This document shows, piece after piece, positions 41,316-56,141 of a DNA stretch of 64,000 nt. Each line of letters begins with the position of its first letter. The stretch's first letter is position 1. A program made the position numbers and the translations under genes. The stretch comes from Octopus vulgaris (taxonomy: Eukaryota). A model generated the notes under the pieces. It saw only the letters and a list, made by a program, of their open reading frames with translations, searched no databases and was not told where the DNA came from. The stretch lies in contig OX597825.1 of assembly GCA_951406725.2 (NCBI GenBank), forward strand, positions 18,352,001 through 18,416,000, in the 5' to 3' direction.

Positions 41316-41567
41316 CAGTAATCCGTCGCCATATCGCGGTTCACCTATCGCGGTTCACCTATCGCGGTTCACCTATCGCGGTTTATTATTTAAGCTTACG
41401 TCGATTCCTCTGTGGTGTTGTTTTGAATTTAAAATAAAATAAATATATACAGTTCTAAAAAAATGAGAAGAACAAATATACAGTACAGTATTGTTTTTTG
41501 TTCGCAGATGTCATCTATCGTGTGGGGTTTTGGGACCGTAAAACTAGCGGTAGTCGAGGGGTTATTA
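41316..41567. mobile_element. pogo/Tigger-type (Tc1-mariner superfamily) MITE
   Basis: TA|CAGTAATCCGTCGCCATATCGC ... GCGGTAGTCGAGGGGTTATTA|TA imperfect TIRs with TA flanks. Subterminal TATCGCGGTTCACC repeated ~3.5 times (41332-41383). Confidence 0.7.
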
Positions 41568-41667
41568 TATATCACATTGAAACTATACATACTTGCATAC
41601 ACTCGAACACACATACACACACAAACACGCATGTAAACACAAACACATATACACAAACAAATGCACA

Positions 41668-41711
<44 letters not shown>

Positions 41712-41712
41712 C

Positions 41713-42080
41713 TCTTTACTCATTTACACGTTTCAGTCATTTGACTGTGTCCATGCTGGAGCACTGCTTGTAGTCGATTGAATCGACCCCAGTACTTATT
41801 CTATCGATGACATTGGCCGAACCGCTAGGTTCCAGGGACATAAACACACCAAGATCGGTTGTCAAGCGATGGTGGGAGGACACAAAGACACACATATAAA
41901 AATATATATATATATATATATATATACGACAGGCTTCATTCAGTTTCTGTCTACAAAATCCACTTAGAAGGCTTTAGTCGCCTCGAGGCTATAGTAGAAG
42001 ACACTTGCCCGAGGTGTCACGTAGAAGGACCGAACCCGGAACCATGTGGTTGGGAAGCAAGCTTCTTACCACACAGCCAC
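41713..42080 (-). mobile_element. SINE family A, near full length
   Basis: Colinear with the reverse complement of 58466-58908. Confidence 0.85.
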
Positions 42081-42362
42081 AAAAATTCAAGACAGTATAC
42101 TTATGCATGAACTGTGTTACAATTATACACACGTGCACATGCAGTGTAATGGAAATGAGCGCCAAACTGCATGCCTATACATGGCATACACGCACACTCA
42201 CACAGACAAATACACACACAGATATACTCAGACTCACAAACTTTGTATAGACATATGAAAACAATACTCTTATATATATGGAGAGAGAGAGAGAGAGATG
42301 GAGGAAGTGGAAAGAGGAAGGGAAAAAGAAAAAAAGAAAGAGGCGCATACACACATATCTAT

Positions 42363-42393
<31 letters not shown>

Positions 42394-42433
42394 TGAGAGA
42401 GAGGGAGATTTGTGTTTACGTGTGTATGTATGT

Positions 42434-42816
42434 CGTGGCACTCCGTCGGTTACGACGATGAGGGTTCCAGTTAATCCGATCAACGGAACAGCCTACTCGT
42501 GAAATTAACGTACAAGTGGCTGAGCACTCCACAGACACGTGTACCCTTAACGTAGTTGTCGGGGAGATTCAGCGTGACACAGAGTGTGACAAGGCTGGCC
42601 CTTTGAAATATAGGCACAATAGAAATAAGAAGAAAGAGTGAGGGAATGTTGAGGTGAAAGGGGTACAGCAGGGTTTCGCCACTCCCCCCTGCAGGAGCCT
42701 CGTTGAGCTTTAGGTGTTTTCGCTCAATAAACACTCACAACAACCGGTCTATGAATCGAAACCGCGATCCTACGACCGGGAGTCCGCTGCCCTAACCACT
42801 GGGCCATTGCGCCACC
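42434..42816 (-). mobile_element. Full-length tRNA-derived SINE, family C head/core with tail C
   Basis: On the minus strand: A box TGGCCCAGTGG, GGTTTCGATTC, core 'gagtgtttattgagcgaaaacacctaaagctc'. Possible TSD GTATGTATGT (42424-42433 and 42819-42828). Confidence 0.9.
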
Positions 42817-43428
42817 TCGTATGTATGTATATGCGAGAAAACACTACGTCGTATTAAATATGTCAGTGTGTGTGAGTGTGTGTAGGAATGTGTGTGTGTT
42901 ACCTGTCTGTGCGTGTGTGTTTGTGTATAAGTATGTATCTATGTGTGTCGCACACATGCGCACAGATATATGGTCAATCACAGACTTGCGCAGATACACA
43001 CACACACTCAGATTAATGATATGACATTGAGAACCTGGGCCGCTTTAACAGAATTCTAGGCTCTTAACTGGAGAAATTCTACGTTTTGAGGCCTTAAGCA
43101 TTTATTTACTGAGATCAAACCACAGCTACGCTCGTCTAGTATTGACGCACCCTTGCCCCAAGGGCACTCTCGTTCACCTGTCGGTGCGTTCACGCTTCAA
43201 GCTGACACAGGTGATGACCAGCTACGGTTAAATAGTTTCATAGACATAAAACATGAACATAAACATTAATTTATACAAAAATACACACAAATACATACAC
43301 CTACAGACACATGCATACTCGTACAAACACACACACCAACACATACGCTTAAACACTTGCACACACTCATATACAAAGACACACACATATATGTATGCAC
43401 ACATACATATATATATATTATATATATG

Positions 43429-43518
43429 TACAAAATTCTATAATTGTATGCATAATTATAATTAGGGTTCAGCAAAAATGCTAATTATAATTATGCTTAT
43501 AATTATAGAATTTTTGTA
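43429..43518. repeat. AT-rich palindrome, ~36-bp arms, 15-nt loop
   Basis: caaaattctataattgtatgcataattataattag / ctaattataattatgcttataattatagaatttttg (2 mismatches, 1 indel). Confidence 0.9.
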
Positions 43519-43621
43519 TAAGGTTACTGACAATGTTTCTTTTAACATACCCTACTACTTGGTAAAGTTATCAATTAGTAATGGATTAATTAATTTTACC
43601 CTTTATTATTATTATTATTAT

Positions 43622-43658
<37 letters not shown>

Positions 43659-43663
<5 letters not shown>

Positions 43664-43878
43664 CTTTACTACCCACAAGGGGCTAAACACAGAGGAGACA
43701 AACAAGGACAGACAAACGGATTAAGTCGATTACATCGACCCCAGTGCGTAACTGGTACTTAATTTATCGACCCCGAAAGAATGAAAGGCAAAGTCGACCT
43801 CGGCGGAATTTGAACTCGGAACGTAACGGCGGACGAAATACGGCAACGCATTTCGCCCGGCGTGCTAACGTTTCTGCC
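43659..43878 (-). mobile_element. Young SINE family B copy (tail 1) inserted in (TA)n
   Basis: Close to the consensus of the other copies and flanked by TA repeats on both sides. Confidence 0.9.
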
Positions 43879-44465
43879 ATATATATATATATATATATGT
43901 AGACAAAGCGGGATTGAAAGATAGATAGATAGATGGACGGAGGAACGGACAGACAAACAGACAGACAGGCAGGCACTGAGACAGACAGACAGACAGACAG
44001 ACAGAGGTAGGCTCAGTCAGAGGAGTGATACATATCCATGCATCATGTACACACATATCGATATACATACAACAATAAACACACACACACACACACATGC
44101 TAACACACACGGTCACACACGTGCACATACAATCAACCTAACACACACACACACACACATACACACACGCACATGTGTGCATATGTAAACATATTTACAT
44201 ACAATGAAGCAAAGAGTAAGATTAAAGCAGAGCAGCTTTCGTTCGGCGTCACAGAGTTGCTTACCTATGCGTAAAATGACAAAACAAAACCTTAAATTCT
44301 GGAAATGGGATTATAGTCAATGGCACTGACACAGTATTTGATTGGTACTTTATTTCATCGTCCCAGGAAAGATAAAAGACTCCTTTGACTTCGGCGGGAT
44401 TTGAACGCAGAAGTCGAAAGAACGAAGCTCCGAGTTTTGTTCGACACTTATTATTCTGCTAATTG

Positions 44466-44655
44466 GCGGTGCCGTCTAGGGCGTCGGCACACCGGGCACT
44501 TGCACGGCAAACCCTACAGATCTAGGAGCCTAATTTTAAGGGGCTTTATTTTAAGGGGCCTTAGTTCTAGGGGCCCTATTTCTATGGTCTCTATGCTATG
44601 GCTTATTGGCTGTAAATAAAGTCTATAGGGTCCAGTACTTTGATTTGTCCGGGCT
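44466..44655. mobile_element. Possible hAT-like GC-rich MITE remnant
   Basis: 'gccgtct...gggcacttgcacgg', repeated 'aggggcc(c)' motifs and 'gtccagtactttgatttgtccggg'. Ends are eroded. Confidence 0.35.
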
Positions 44656-45309
44656 GCCTGCTAATGGGAGATAGTTACATATTTCGAAAAAAGGATGAAA
44701 GTGGATTTTATCGAATCCAAACATGATTGATACTTTAAACTATCGATTCTTAAAGGATGATTTCGCAAAGTCTGAGATTTGAACGCTTTTCGGCTTCGTA
44801 ATAAAATAGCGCTAAGCAGTTTGTCCTAAGCCCTACTACTCTACTGATTCTGCGAAATCAACGTAAACAGTCATGGAAACAAAGATATATGCACAGACAC
44901 ACAGACAAGTTTTTTTTTTTTCTTTTTTTTCTGGTGTAAACATATAAATGTTATCATAAGTTCACTACAGAAAAAAAAAAAAATTATGCGATAAACAAAC
45001 ACACGCAGCAGTGACTTTTTCCTTGTCATTAGAACTGAAATTTATCTATATGATTATAAGAGAAATGACGGAGAGAGAGGGGTGCAAAAAAAACTTACAG
45101 TTTATACTTAGTTATCTCATGTCAATAATGTAAAAAATCAACGACGGAGTATATATATACACACATAAAGGAAAAAAAAAACCTCCAAAAAACACGCACT
45201 TGCTCGTATTCTCTTGCTTTCTAGCACATTTTTTTAATTCACACTACCGCCACACCCCAGCAAGCATATTAACGCAAAAACCTACTTCATATGCATACAT
45301 ACACAAGTG

Positions 45310-45434
<125 letters not shown>

Positions 45435-45665
45435 TCCCTACTTATGGTGGGTCTCGTGTTAGGACACATACACTATTGCAATAGTTACTAAGGGACTTTC
45501 TATGTTTTTGTGTTGCTTATAAACGTACGGTTAGTTCAAACACACCACCCACCTTTCAGTGGAGATAAATTTTACGTTTTGGCATCGATACAGCCTCCGT
45601 CGCTTTAATTAATTGTATATATATATATATATATATATATGCACATGCTTATATACATACATTTG

Positions 45666-45703
<38 letters not shown>

Positions 45704-45721
45704 TGCTTATATACATACATT

Positions 45722-45776
<55 letters not shown>

Positions 45777-46007
45777 GCTTATATACATACATTTGTATGT
45801 ATATATATATATATATATATATATACTTTTGTAGGACCCTCGATTCTATATAGGGTCCACGATCGTTTGCAAGTTCCTTAGAAGCTCTCGCCAGGAGACA
45901 AGAATTCCAAAATCTGATTCAGGTGTAGGACAAATATTCTATGAAATAAAGAATAACTGACCATTTAGTTACTATACCTACGAAGTACTTCATTGAACGA
46001 AAACGTT

Positions 46008-46098
<91 letters not shown>

Positions 46099-46336
46099 TG
46101 TGTGTGTGTGTGTGCCTTTTACTTTGGACTACGGCCCGTATCTATTTTTTTCTTTGTCAGCCTGGGACTTATTCTGTCGATTACTTTTGCCGAACCGCTA
46201 CCTTACAATGTCGTAAACACACTAACACCGGCTGTCCAGCAGTGGTGGGGAAGACAAATATACACTCACACACATACATATGTATGCAAGTATGTATATG
46301 TATATCCATATATATGAACATAGGCATGTATACATA

Positions 46337-46376
<40 letters not shown>

Positions 46377-46569
46377 TGTATAGTTATATATACATATATT
46401 TATATACAGATGGACAGACAGATAGATAAATAGGATAGATAGACACACATGGAGTTATGCAGATATAAAAATTTATAATAGTACATACATACACGCAGAT
46501 ACATATACACACATACATAATAAGCATATGTCTGAATATAATTATACACATATATACATACACAGACGC

Positions 46570-46615
<46 letters not shown>

Positions 46616-47349
46616 GGATGTATATCCAAATATATAAACATCTATATAGAGAGAAACGAAATACAACACATACAGATACGATAAAATTCTCTCTGCCGCT
46701 AGAGGAAATATCATGATTACCAAATGTATGTATGTTTGTAGATATGAATGTATGATTGTATATATGTATGTATGTGTACACGTACACGCCCATTCTTGTC
46801 CAGTTCGTTGTTTGCGATTTCTCTTTCGGTCTATTTTATGCACAGGAATCCATAATTCGGTATTTTCTCTTTCATCAACGCAACGTAAACATTCTGTGTG
46901 CATTTCTAAACACCCGATATCAATCACATGCTTATGTTTATATATCGTTACACCCGTATTTGGGTGTCTGTGTGTATATGTGTATGTGTGTTTGCATATG
47001 CATGTGTGCACAGGCTATACTGTGCTGCAGTCCTTGGCTGCCCTATCTTTCGCCCCATCTTCTGCCAATATCGAGGACCCCAAGTCTACATAAACATATA
47101 CAGTATACCCAGAAGTGTTGTTCCCGTAAAGGCGTTTTTTTTTCGGGTGGGACCCCAACCCCTTTCTCTAGTGGGTATTCACCCATGCTAACTACGCTAT
47201 GGTGTGCGTGGATGTTTGTGTGTAGTATATGTAAACAAAACATACGTGTGTATATATACATACAACACACACGTACTTATTTACAACGCACGCATACACG
47301 CACACTCTGACAAAAATATACATACATGCTCACATTCATAGCTAGGAAG

Positions 47350-47865
<516 letters not shown>

Positions 47866-47937
47866 ATGAAAAGTTGAGCTAGCAGACAGAAGGACCGTCA
47901 GATAGACAGAAAAATAAAGGGACAGAGAGAATGAAGA

Positions 47938-47971
<34 letters not shown>

Positions 47972-48532
47972 TGCGAACTCAGGCACAAACATGTGTAATA
48001 TACATATATTCACAATGCAATCACGATGGTTCCATGTTCAATCCTACATCACAGCATCATGTGCAAATAAATTTCTCTTGGACAATGATCAAAGTTCGAC
48101 TTTTATTTCAAAACGCTATCAACACCAAATTCTTAAAAAAACCTCGGTTGGAGATCATTTCTTATTGAAATAATCAATCTTGATGTGTTGTCACGGTAAT
48201 TCTACCCGGGTGTTATCTAAAGAGTACATATGTGTCTATAAATTATTGCACGCTCATTGACTATAAGTCAATAAGTGTACAGAAGGTCTCATAAAATTAT
48301 TGGAATATTCATCGCTCACACAGACGGAGATCCATTTACGTGATATACTTTATACATGCATATATATATATAAAGCCCTTACACACACACAGACACACAG
48401 ACACACACACATATATATATATATATACGTGTGTGTGTGTGTGTGTCTGTGTCTGTGTCTGGGTGCGTCTGTATTCATATATGTTTATACAAGGATGAAG
48501 AACACTTATTAAGATTTGTGTGTGCTGATGTG

Positions 48533-48565
<33 letters not shown>

Positions 48566-48779
48566 TTGGTTATGTGTGGGTGTGTCTGTACCGGTATCTG
48601 CCTATCCTTTCAATATAATAGTGCGCATAAGCACACAGACACACAAACACACACACACATACACAGAGGCATTTACGCCGATGGACATTTAGACTAATAG
48701 AAAGTGATAGAAAGTCCGTTAATACACAATATATGTCTCTCAGGAATTCAGAACATGTGTTTAGTGAGGAACATCTGAG

Positions 48780-48826
<47 letters not shown>

Positions 48827-48837
48827 TGCATATAAAG

Positions 48838-48879
<42 letters not shown>

Positions 48880-49060
48880 CATGTGTATGTGCATGACATG
48901 GTTATATGTGTATATATGTGTGTACATGTATACATGTGTGTGCATGTGTACTAAGATCGGGGCAGTTTGTAAACACCCAACACACACACGTAAATTTGTT
49001 TTCGTGAGCGCATATGTATCCGTATCTATTCTTACACACACACACACACATATATATACG

Positions 49061-49148
<88 letters not shown>

Positions 49149-49349
49149 CACAGGTATGTATATTGTACAAAACTCTTCATTCTTAACTCTGCTAGTTTAT
49201 GTATGAGGAAATGTTAAAAAAAAAAAACAACAAAATAAAGCAACGTGAAATAAAGTGTGTATATCATTGTACAATGAACACATACGCATACATGCCTGAA
49301 AGATATCATCTTACACATCATATGAATACATACATGTGTGTATGTGTGC

Positions 49350-49459
<110 letters not shown>

Positions 49460-49552
49460 CATATATGTATATATATATGTATATGAAATATATATGCACA
49501 TATACTTATATATGTATTTATGTAGGCATATATGCAAGTGTATATTTATAAG

Positions 49553-49585
<33 letters not shown>

Positions 49586-49642
49586 TTCTATATCTAACGA
49601 CATATGTATTTATGCATGTAATTAAGTTTAGATTGAACTTAC

Positions 49643-49748
49643 CTCCAGATCCTGATGTAAAACCAATTAGTATATATATAAATAAAATATATCTCGTCTG
49701 ATGTATCATGTTATATGACGATAAAATCATCTTTGCCATCGGTGTCAT
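49643..49748 (-). CDS. Putative first coding exon encoding a signal peptide (secreted or membrane protein, family unknown)
   Basis: MTPMAKMILSSYNMIHQTRYILFIYILIGFTSGSG+G. In-frame stop upstream (~49870). Basic residue + hydrophobic core + small residues. Ends at GAG|GTAAGT (intron starts at 49642), phase 1. Alternative ATGs at 49739, 49730 and 49709. Confidence 0.45.
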
Positions 49749-50115
49749 TCGTATATTCCCAAGAGTTGTTATTAGTAAGAAGATTACTAGTAATGTTATT
49801 ATTATTATTACTAGTAGTTTTTTTTTTTTTTTGTAATCTTTTGTACTTTTTTCCACTCTTTTTTCTTTTTATCTATAAACCCAATACAGATAAAGCTGAT
49901 GTCCTACACAAGCGCAGTCGAAATATTCGGTATATTATATACTCGTATATATATATATATATCTTTATGAATTCATATATATTCATATATAGATATATAT
50001 ATGATCATATACACATATATGTACGTATATTTCTCCACTTTCTTTTATATATATATATATTTTTTAATATACATATATATTCATTAATATATAACTTTAT
50101 AAATTCACATACGTG

Positions 50116-50178
<63 letters not shown>

Positions 50179-50522
50179 ACACGTATTTATTTATTTATTT
50201 ATTTATTTTCTCTTTTCAGTAATCCTTCCTTTCGATTTCCAATTACTCCAAGAAATATATTGTTGGTTTTCAATTTTCCAGCTCAAAATTCTTTTCTCTT
50301 TAAACTCCTTTCACGTTCGAAATGCATTTATTATAAGTATTATTAATTTTATTATTATTAGCTTCTTTTTTTTTACTCTCTTTGTGCTTAACTTTCCACC
50401 TTTATAATTCTTTCTTATTAATTACCTTCAATTTTCTTTCTTTTTGCTAATTATATTTTCTTAGAAATTAATTTTGCTGTTGAAGAATTAAATTTAACAC
50501 AAGTGTGTGCGTTTATGCGTAA

Positions 50523-50563
<41 letters not shown>

Positions 50564-51404
50564 TACATATATATCTATCTATATATATATATAAATTTAT
50601 ACTGCTATGAATAAGGCTGCTTGTATTTTCATAATATCCAAGAATTTTCTTTATTTTTGCTGTTGTTGTTTTTATGATTATTAATATTGTTATTATAATA
50701 ATTATTATTATTTCCTTTTAGTTAACACCTTTTAAAACGGGTGCAGAATATTTGAGTAAATAAGTAATTTCTCCAAATTGCTCCAATCTTCGTTATAGAT
50801 ACATATACACCTACATATATATATATTATGTGTACGTATATATATATATATGTATATATATGCGGTATTTGGTCTGTATGTCCCAACGTTTGAGAGTTAA
50901 GAATGCGTTAACATCACTATCTTTCGCATCGGTATCAAATTCTTCATTAATTTGATTAGTAGTGACTTCTCAAAGAATATCGGTTAGGGGATGTTTATAA
51001 AGCTAATACTTTTTTTTTTACCACGCTATATAGACTATCACACATAACTTTTTTTAACCACTCTTCGTACACGTATATACATATATATATACGTACATAT
51101 ATATATAGAGTATTACTCGTCACTTATTCTTCATAATTTTTCTGTGACAGTTTTAATGAATACCATAATGCGATGGAACTTTCGCTTTTGTTTCATTTTT
51201 TTTCTTCTTCTTTTCCGTATTTTTGCCTCTTTTCTGTCTTTTCCCTCTGTTGTGTTTGTTTTTTTTTTTTTAATTTATTTTAACGTAACTTTTTCACTTT
51301 TATTTTATAACCGCTTCCGTTTAGATTCCCGGTGCTTTGATGCCTTTCAACTTCGCCCTGCATTATTTTTTTTCTCTCGTTAATTCTGAATTTTGTCTTA
51401 TTAA

Positions 51405-51442
<38 letters not shown>

Positions 51443-52189
51443 AATTATTAATTATTATTATTAAACAGTATTATTACTTTTTGTACTTTTTTTCTTTAAG
51501 TATTAGGTAATTTTTTTTTCTGTCATTAGAAAGCAAACGAACAAACCAAATAAAAATTAATTAAATGCATTGGGGAACAAAAAAAAAAAAAAAGCAACTC
51601 AGGAAATAACATAAATCGCTTTCTTTTGGTGTGTATTTTTTTCTTTGTGGTAAATTCCGAGGTTTAAGATGTGTTCGGTTCGATTCGGTTCGGTCTTTTT
51701 TCCGGTTACTTGTCCGATTGTTTGTTCATTCGCTTGCTTGATATGACTGCTGCTGCTGTTAGTGCTACAGCTGCCTTTGCTGCTGCTGCTGCTGCTGCTG
51801 TTCTTGTAGTTGTTGTTATTGTTGTTGTTGTTATGGTAATAGTAGTGATGGTGGATTTGATGATAGTGATTATAAGACAATGTTGGTGGTTGTATATATA
51901 TATATATTTTTTTTTTGCTTTTTATGATATTTTTATTTTTCCCTTTTATATATATATGTATATTTATTTATTTTATTATTTGTCTGGTGCTATCTATCCA
52001 CCAGACCCTCATAATGCAATTGGCTGGTCTTTACGGTCAATGAAAATTATTTCCCCCATCAAACACAACTGTGGTACCCCGCCAAAAGAATGTTTCGGTT
52101 CTCGTTATATGCCTTGTTGTGGGTGTCGTTATTCTTCTCCGCTCATCGTAGGCTAGCTGGAATGGTTCTCTCATCAGTATTGACTCTCA

Positions 52190-52229
<40 letters not shown>

Positions 52230-52775
52230 AACACACACACTTCCGCTCCTTCATCTGTACGTACATATATATATATATATATATATATATTCGATTCTTT
52301 CTCTATCTGTCTCTCTCTATCTGTTTATATGTCACTTATCGTCTTTTTCCTTCTATCATCATTGCCATCTTCTCTCTCTCTCTTTCTTTCTATCCGTCTT
52401 TGTTTCTGTTTATCTACCTACACATACATTCCCTCTCTTTCTCTTTGCTTTTCTCTTTCTTTCTCTTTCTCTCTGTCTCTCTCTCTCTCTCCCTCTCTCT
52501 TTCCATCATGTATATTCTTTGCTTCTCTCACTCTCTCTCTATATCTCTCCATATTTATTATCACTTTCTCTCTTTACTTTCATTTATTCATTCTTTCTTT
52601 CTTTCTTTCTTTCTAATAATTCCTTCTATGTACTTTCACTCTCTCTCTTTCTCTCTCTCTTACCCTTTCTCAATTTCTCTCACTTACCCTTTTTCAATTT
52701 CTCTCTCTCACTCTCTCTCTCTTACCCTTTCTCAATTTCTCTCTCTCTCTCTCTCTCTCTTAACCTTTCTCAATT

Positions 52776-52806
<31 letters not shown>

Positions 52807-53160
52807 CTTTCTCAATTTCTCTCTTCTCTCTTACCCTTTCTCAATTTCTTCCTCTCTCTCTCTCTCTTACCCTTTCTCAATTTCTCTCTCTCTCTCACTC
52901 TATCTATCTATCTAATATTATACACTTTCCCAACATATACATGTTTTCGCCTCTCTCTACCACCCACCTAACACCATGTCCCTTAGACACTACTCACCCC
53001 CTCTCTCACATTTTATTACTCCTTATCTCCTTCACCCACCCCTGTCTTTCTCTCCTACAGTCTTCCCCTCGCACTCTCTCTCTCTCACTCTCTCTTATTC
53101 AAATTACTTTCCATCTCCGTCTCTCTCTTTCTTCCTTTCAACTCATTCGCTCTCTCTATC
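52190..53160. repeat. Long polypyrimidine (CT)n-rich tract containing a 7-copy minisatellite CTTACCCTTTCTCAATTTCT (52659-52885)
   Basis: Copies start at 52659, 52683, 52721, 52759, 52801, 52830 and 52866, separated by variable (CT)n. Confidence 0.9.
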
Positions 53161-53489
53161 ATCATAAACTTTGACCCCTTTTCATTCATTTCGTCTGTCA
53201 CACTCTCATCTCGTTCTCTTCGACATCTTTTACTCTTCCCCTGTTTTATTAATTATCATTAAGATTAATTGTTTTTTTTCTTTTTCTTGCTTTCTTTTTT
53301 TAATTCTTCAAAATATTTCAAATTTTGAAATTTGCCTTTCGTTCTATATCAGTTCAACAATCAGTCTGCATTTTTACACACCCTTGTATACGTACGTATA
53401 TACATACATACAACGACACATGCATGTATGCACGCATGCAGACATATACACATACATACATACATACCTCTATGTGTGTGTTTGTCTGT

Positions 53490-53511
53490 AGAAAGATAGA
53501 TAGACAGACAT

Positions 53512-53560
<49 letters not shown>

Positions 53561-53645
53561 AAGATAGATAGATAAATAGATAGCCAGATAGATATATAGA
53601 GTGATAGACAAATATATAGAAAGATAGATAGACTGATAGATAGAC

Positions 53646-53740
<95 letters not shown>

Positions 53741-53763
53741 TTAGCAGATAGACAAATAGATAA

Positions 53764-53825
<62 letters not shown>

Positions 53826-53941
53826 GTATAGATAAACAGAATGATAGATAAATAGACAGACAGACGGGCATATATGGCTGGCGATATGTTAAACTAACTG
53901 TAGTTCCGATGATAATATTAGCTTTCTATCTGTAGTGACAA

Positions 53942-54012
<71 letters not shown>

Positions 54013-54440
54013 ATATCTATATATCTATCTATCTATATATCTAGAAACCTGCGTGCATGGGTGGTGTATTTGTGCGTATGTATGGATGCGCACAAATTTA
54101 AGGAAGCCCAATGCCTTCATATGTATACATATACATACACATATATATAAACACACACACACACGAACACACATGTACGCGCATATATAAAGACTCCTAC
54201 ATGCATAAATATACATATATTGATAAATTGATCTCTGTATCGACTTTCTATCTATCTGGCTAGCTGTTTGTCACGTTTGGTTTTACTTCGTGCATTTTCG
54301 CGTGGCTTCTCATTCCTCCCAAACTCCACTCCTCTCACACGCTCCATCCTATTCTATGCCTTCACACATATTCGATCGACATGTAGTTTCGACCTAGCCA
54401 CACCACACACTCGCGTCTCTCTCCATCACTCCATCTCTCC

Positions 54441-54476
<36 letters not shown>

Positions 54477-54478
54477 CA

Positions 54479-54510
<32 letters not shown>

Positions 54511-54555
54511 CAATCTATCTATCTCAATCTATCTATCTCAATCTATCTATCTATC

Positions 54556-54586
<31 letters not shown>

Positions 54587-54662
54587 CCTTCTATCCATCT
54601 ATCTATCCTTCTATCTATTTGTCTATCTATCTATCTATCTATCTGTCTATCTATCTATCTGC

Positions 54663-54723
<61 letters not shown>

Positions 54724-54725
54724 CT

Positions 54726-54763
<38 letters not shown>

Positions 54764-54832
54764 CTTCTATCTATCTGTCAATCTATATATCTATCTATCT
54801 ATCCTTCTATCTATCTGTCTATATATCTATCA
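53490..54832. repeat. (GATA/GACA)n tract followed by inverted (TATC)n tracts
   Basis: GATA/GACA at 53490-53865. TATC at 53942-54042 and 54440-54832. Confidence 0.95.
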
Positions 54833-55139
54833 ATATATATATATCTTCCTTTTGTTCTGTATTACTCTTTCTTTTAATCAAGAGCTCTTTCGGTTTCACT
54901 GTCTCACACGATCTCATCACTTTCTCTCCCTCTCTCTCTCTCAACACTGTCTTTCTCTTCCTCTCTCTCTCACTTTCTATCAATCTTTCTTTCCTTTTTT
55001 CTTCTTTTCTTTCCTCCCTTCTTTCTTACTTTATTGTTCATTCTATCCCTTAAGTATCTTTCGGATGACCTACCAATCCATAGATCCATATATGCATGTA
55101 TGGATAAGTAGGTATATTCTGTTATATATACATACATAT

Positions 55140-55198
<59 letters not shown>

Positions 55199-55231
55199 CC
55201 TATATTTGGATATCCCTCCTAACACACACAT

Positions 55232-55326
<95 letters not shown>

Positions 55327-55739
55327 GTATATTATATACATTCTCTTATTTGTGCGCGTGTCTCAATGCGTTGGACTAGGTTTGTCTGTCTCACAATCTC
55401 TGTCTCACATTCGGTATTCGAATACAAGCACAACAACACAAACAAACACACGGACGTATTCGCATATGAGTGAGTCTGTCTCCCTTTGTTTCGCATCTGT
55501 TGCAAAGCCCGTCTGTCTACTGTTTCAAATCTCTCTGCAGCCCTATATGCATGTGAGTACATCTATACATATACATGCACATCCAACCTTTAATATATAT
55601 ATATATATATATATATGCAATTATACATACATTGAATATATATATCAGCCTTTAACTTTATGCCTGCTTTAATATGTATATAAACATGTGCCTACCTCCG
55701 CCACTCTCGGTCTCTCCCCATCTGTTTGTGTGTGTGTGC

Positions 55740-55815
<76 letters not shown>

Positions 55816-56066
55816 TGCATATACATCTATATATACACACACACGTATATTTTTTTTATATTTTGCTTGTTTAAGTCAATGGACTGCGACCAGTCTGGGG
55901 CTTTAAAAAAAAGAGACCGCTAGTCGATGACAAACCTATCAAACACGAAAACACTCGCGCGCACACACATATATAAATACACACACACACACATACTTAT
56001 ATATATATATATACATATGTATGTATATCTGTGTGTGTATATATAGATATAAATATATACACATAC

Positions 56067-56141
<75 letters not shown>

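Noticed and set aside
42740-42816. tRNA gene (also the heads at 11211, 58466 and 59469)
   Set aside because: A/B boxes are present but continue directly into SINE cores and tails, so these are tRNA-derived SINE heads rather than tRNA genes.
45560-45610. Minus-strand hammerhead-like string 'gcgacggaggc...gccaaaacgta'
   Set aside because: At least three core substitutions and no credible stem I, so it is indistinguishable from chance by eye.
52090-52971. 293-aa Leu/Ser-rich ORF
   Set aside because: Arises from the (CT)n tract, which lacks stop codons.
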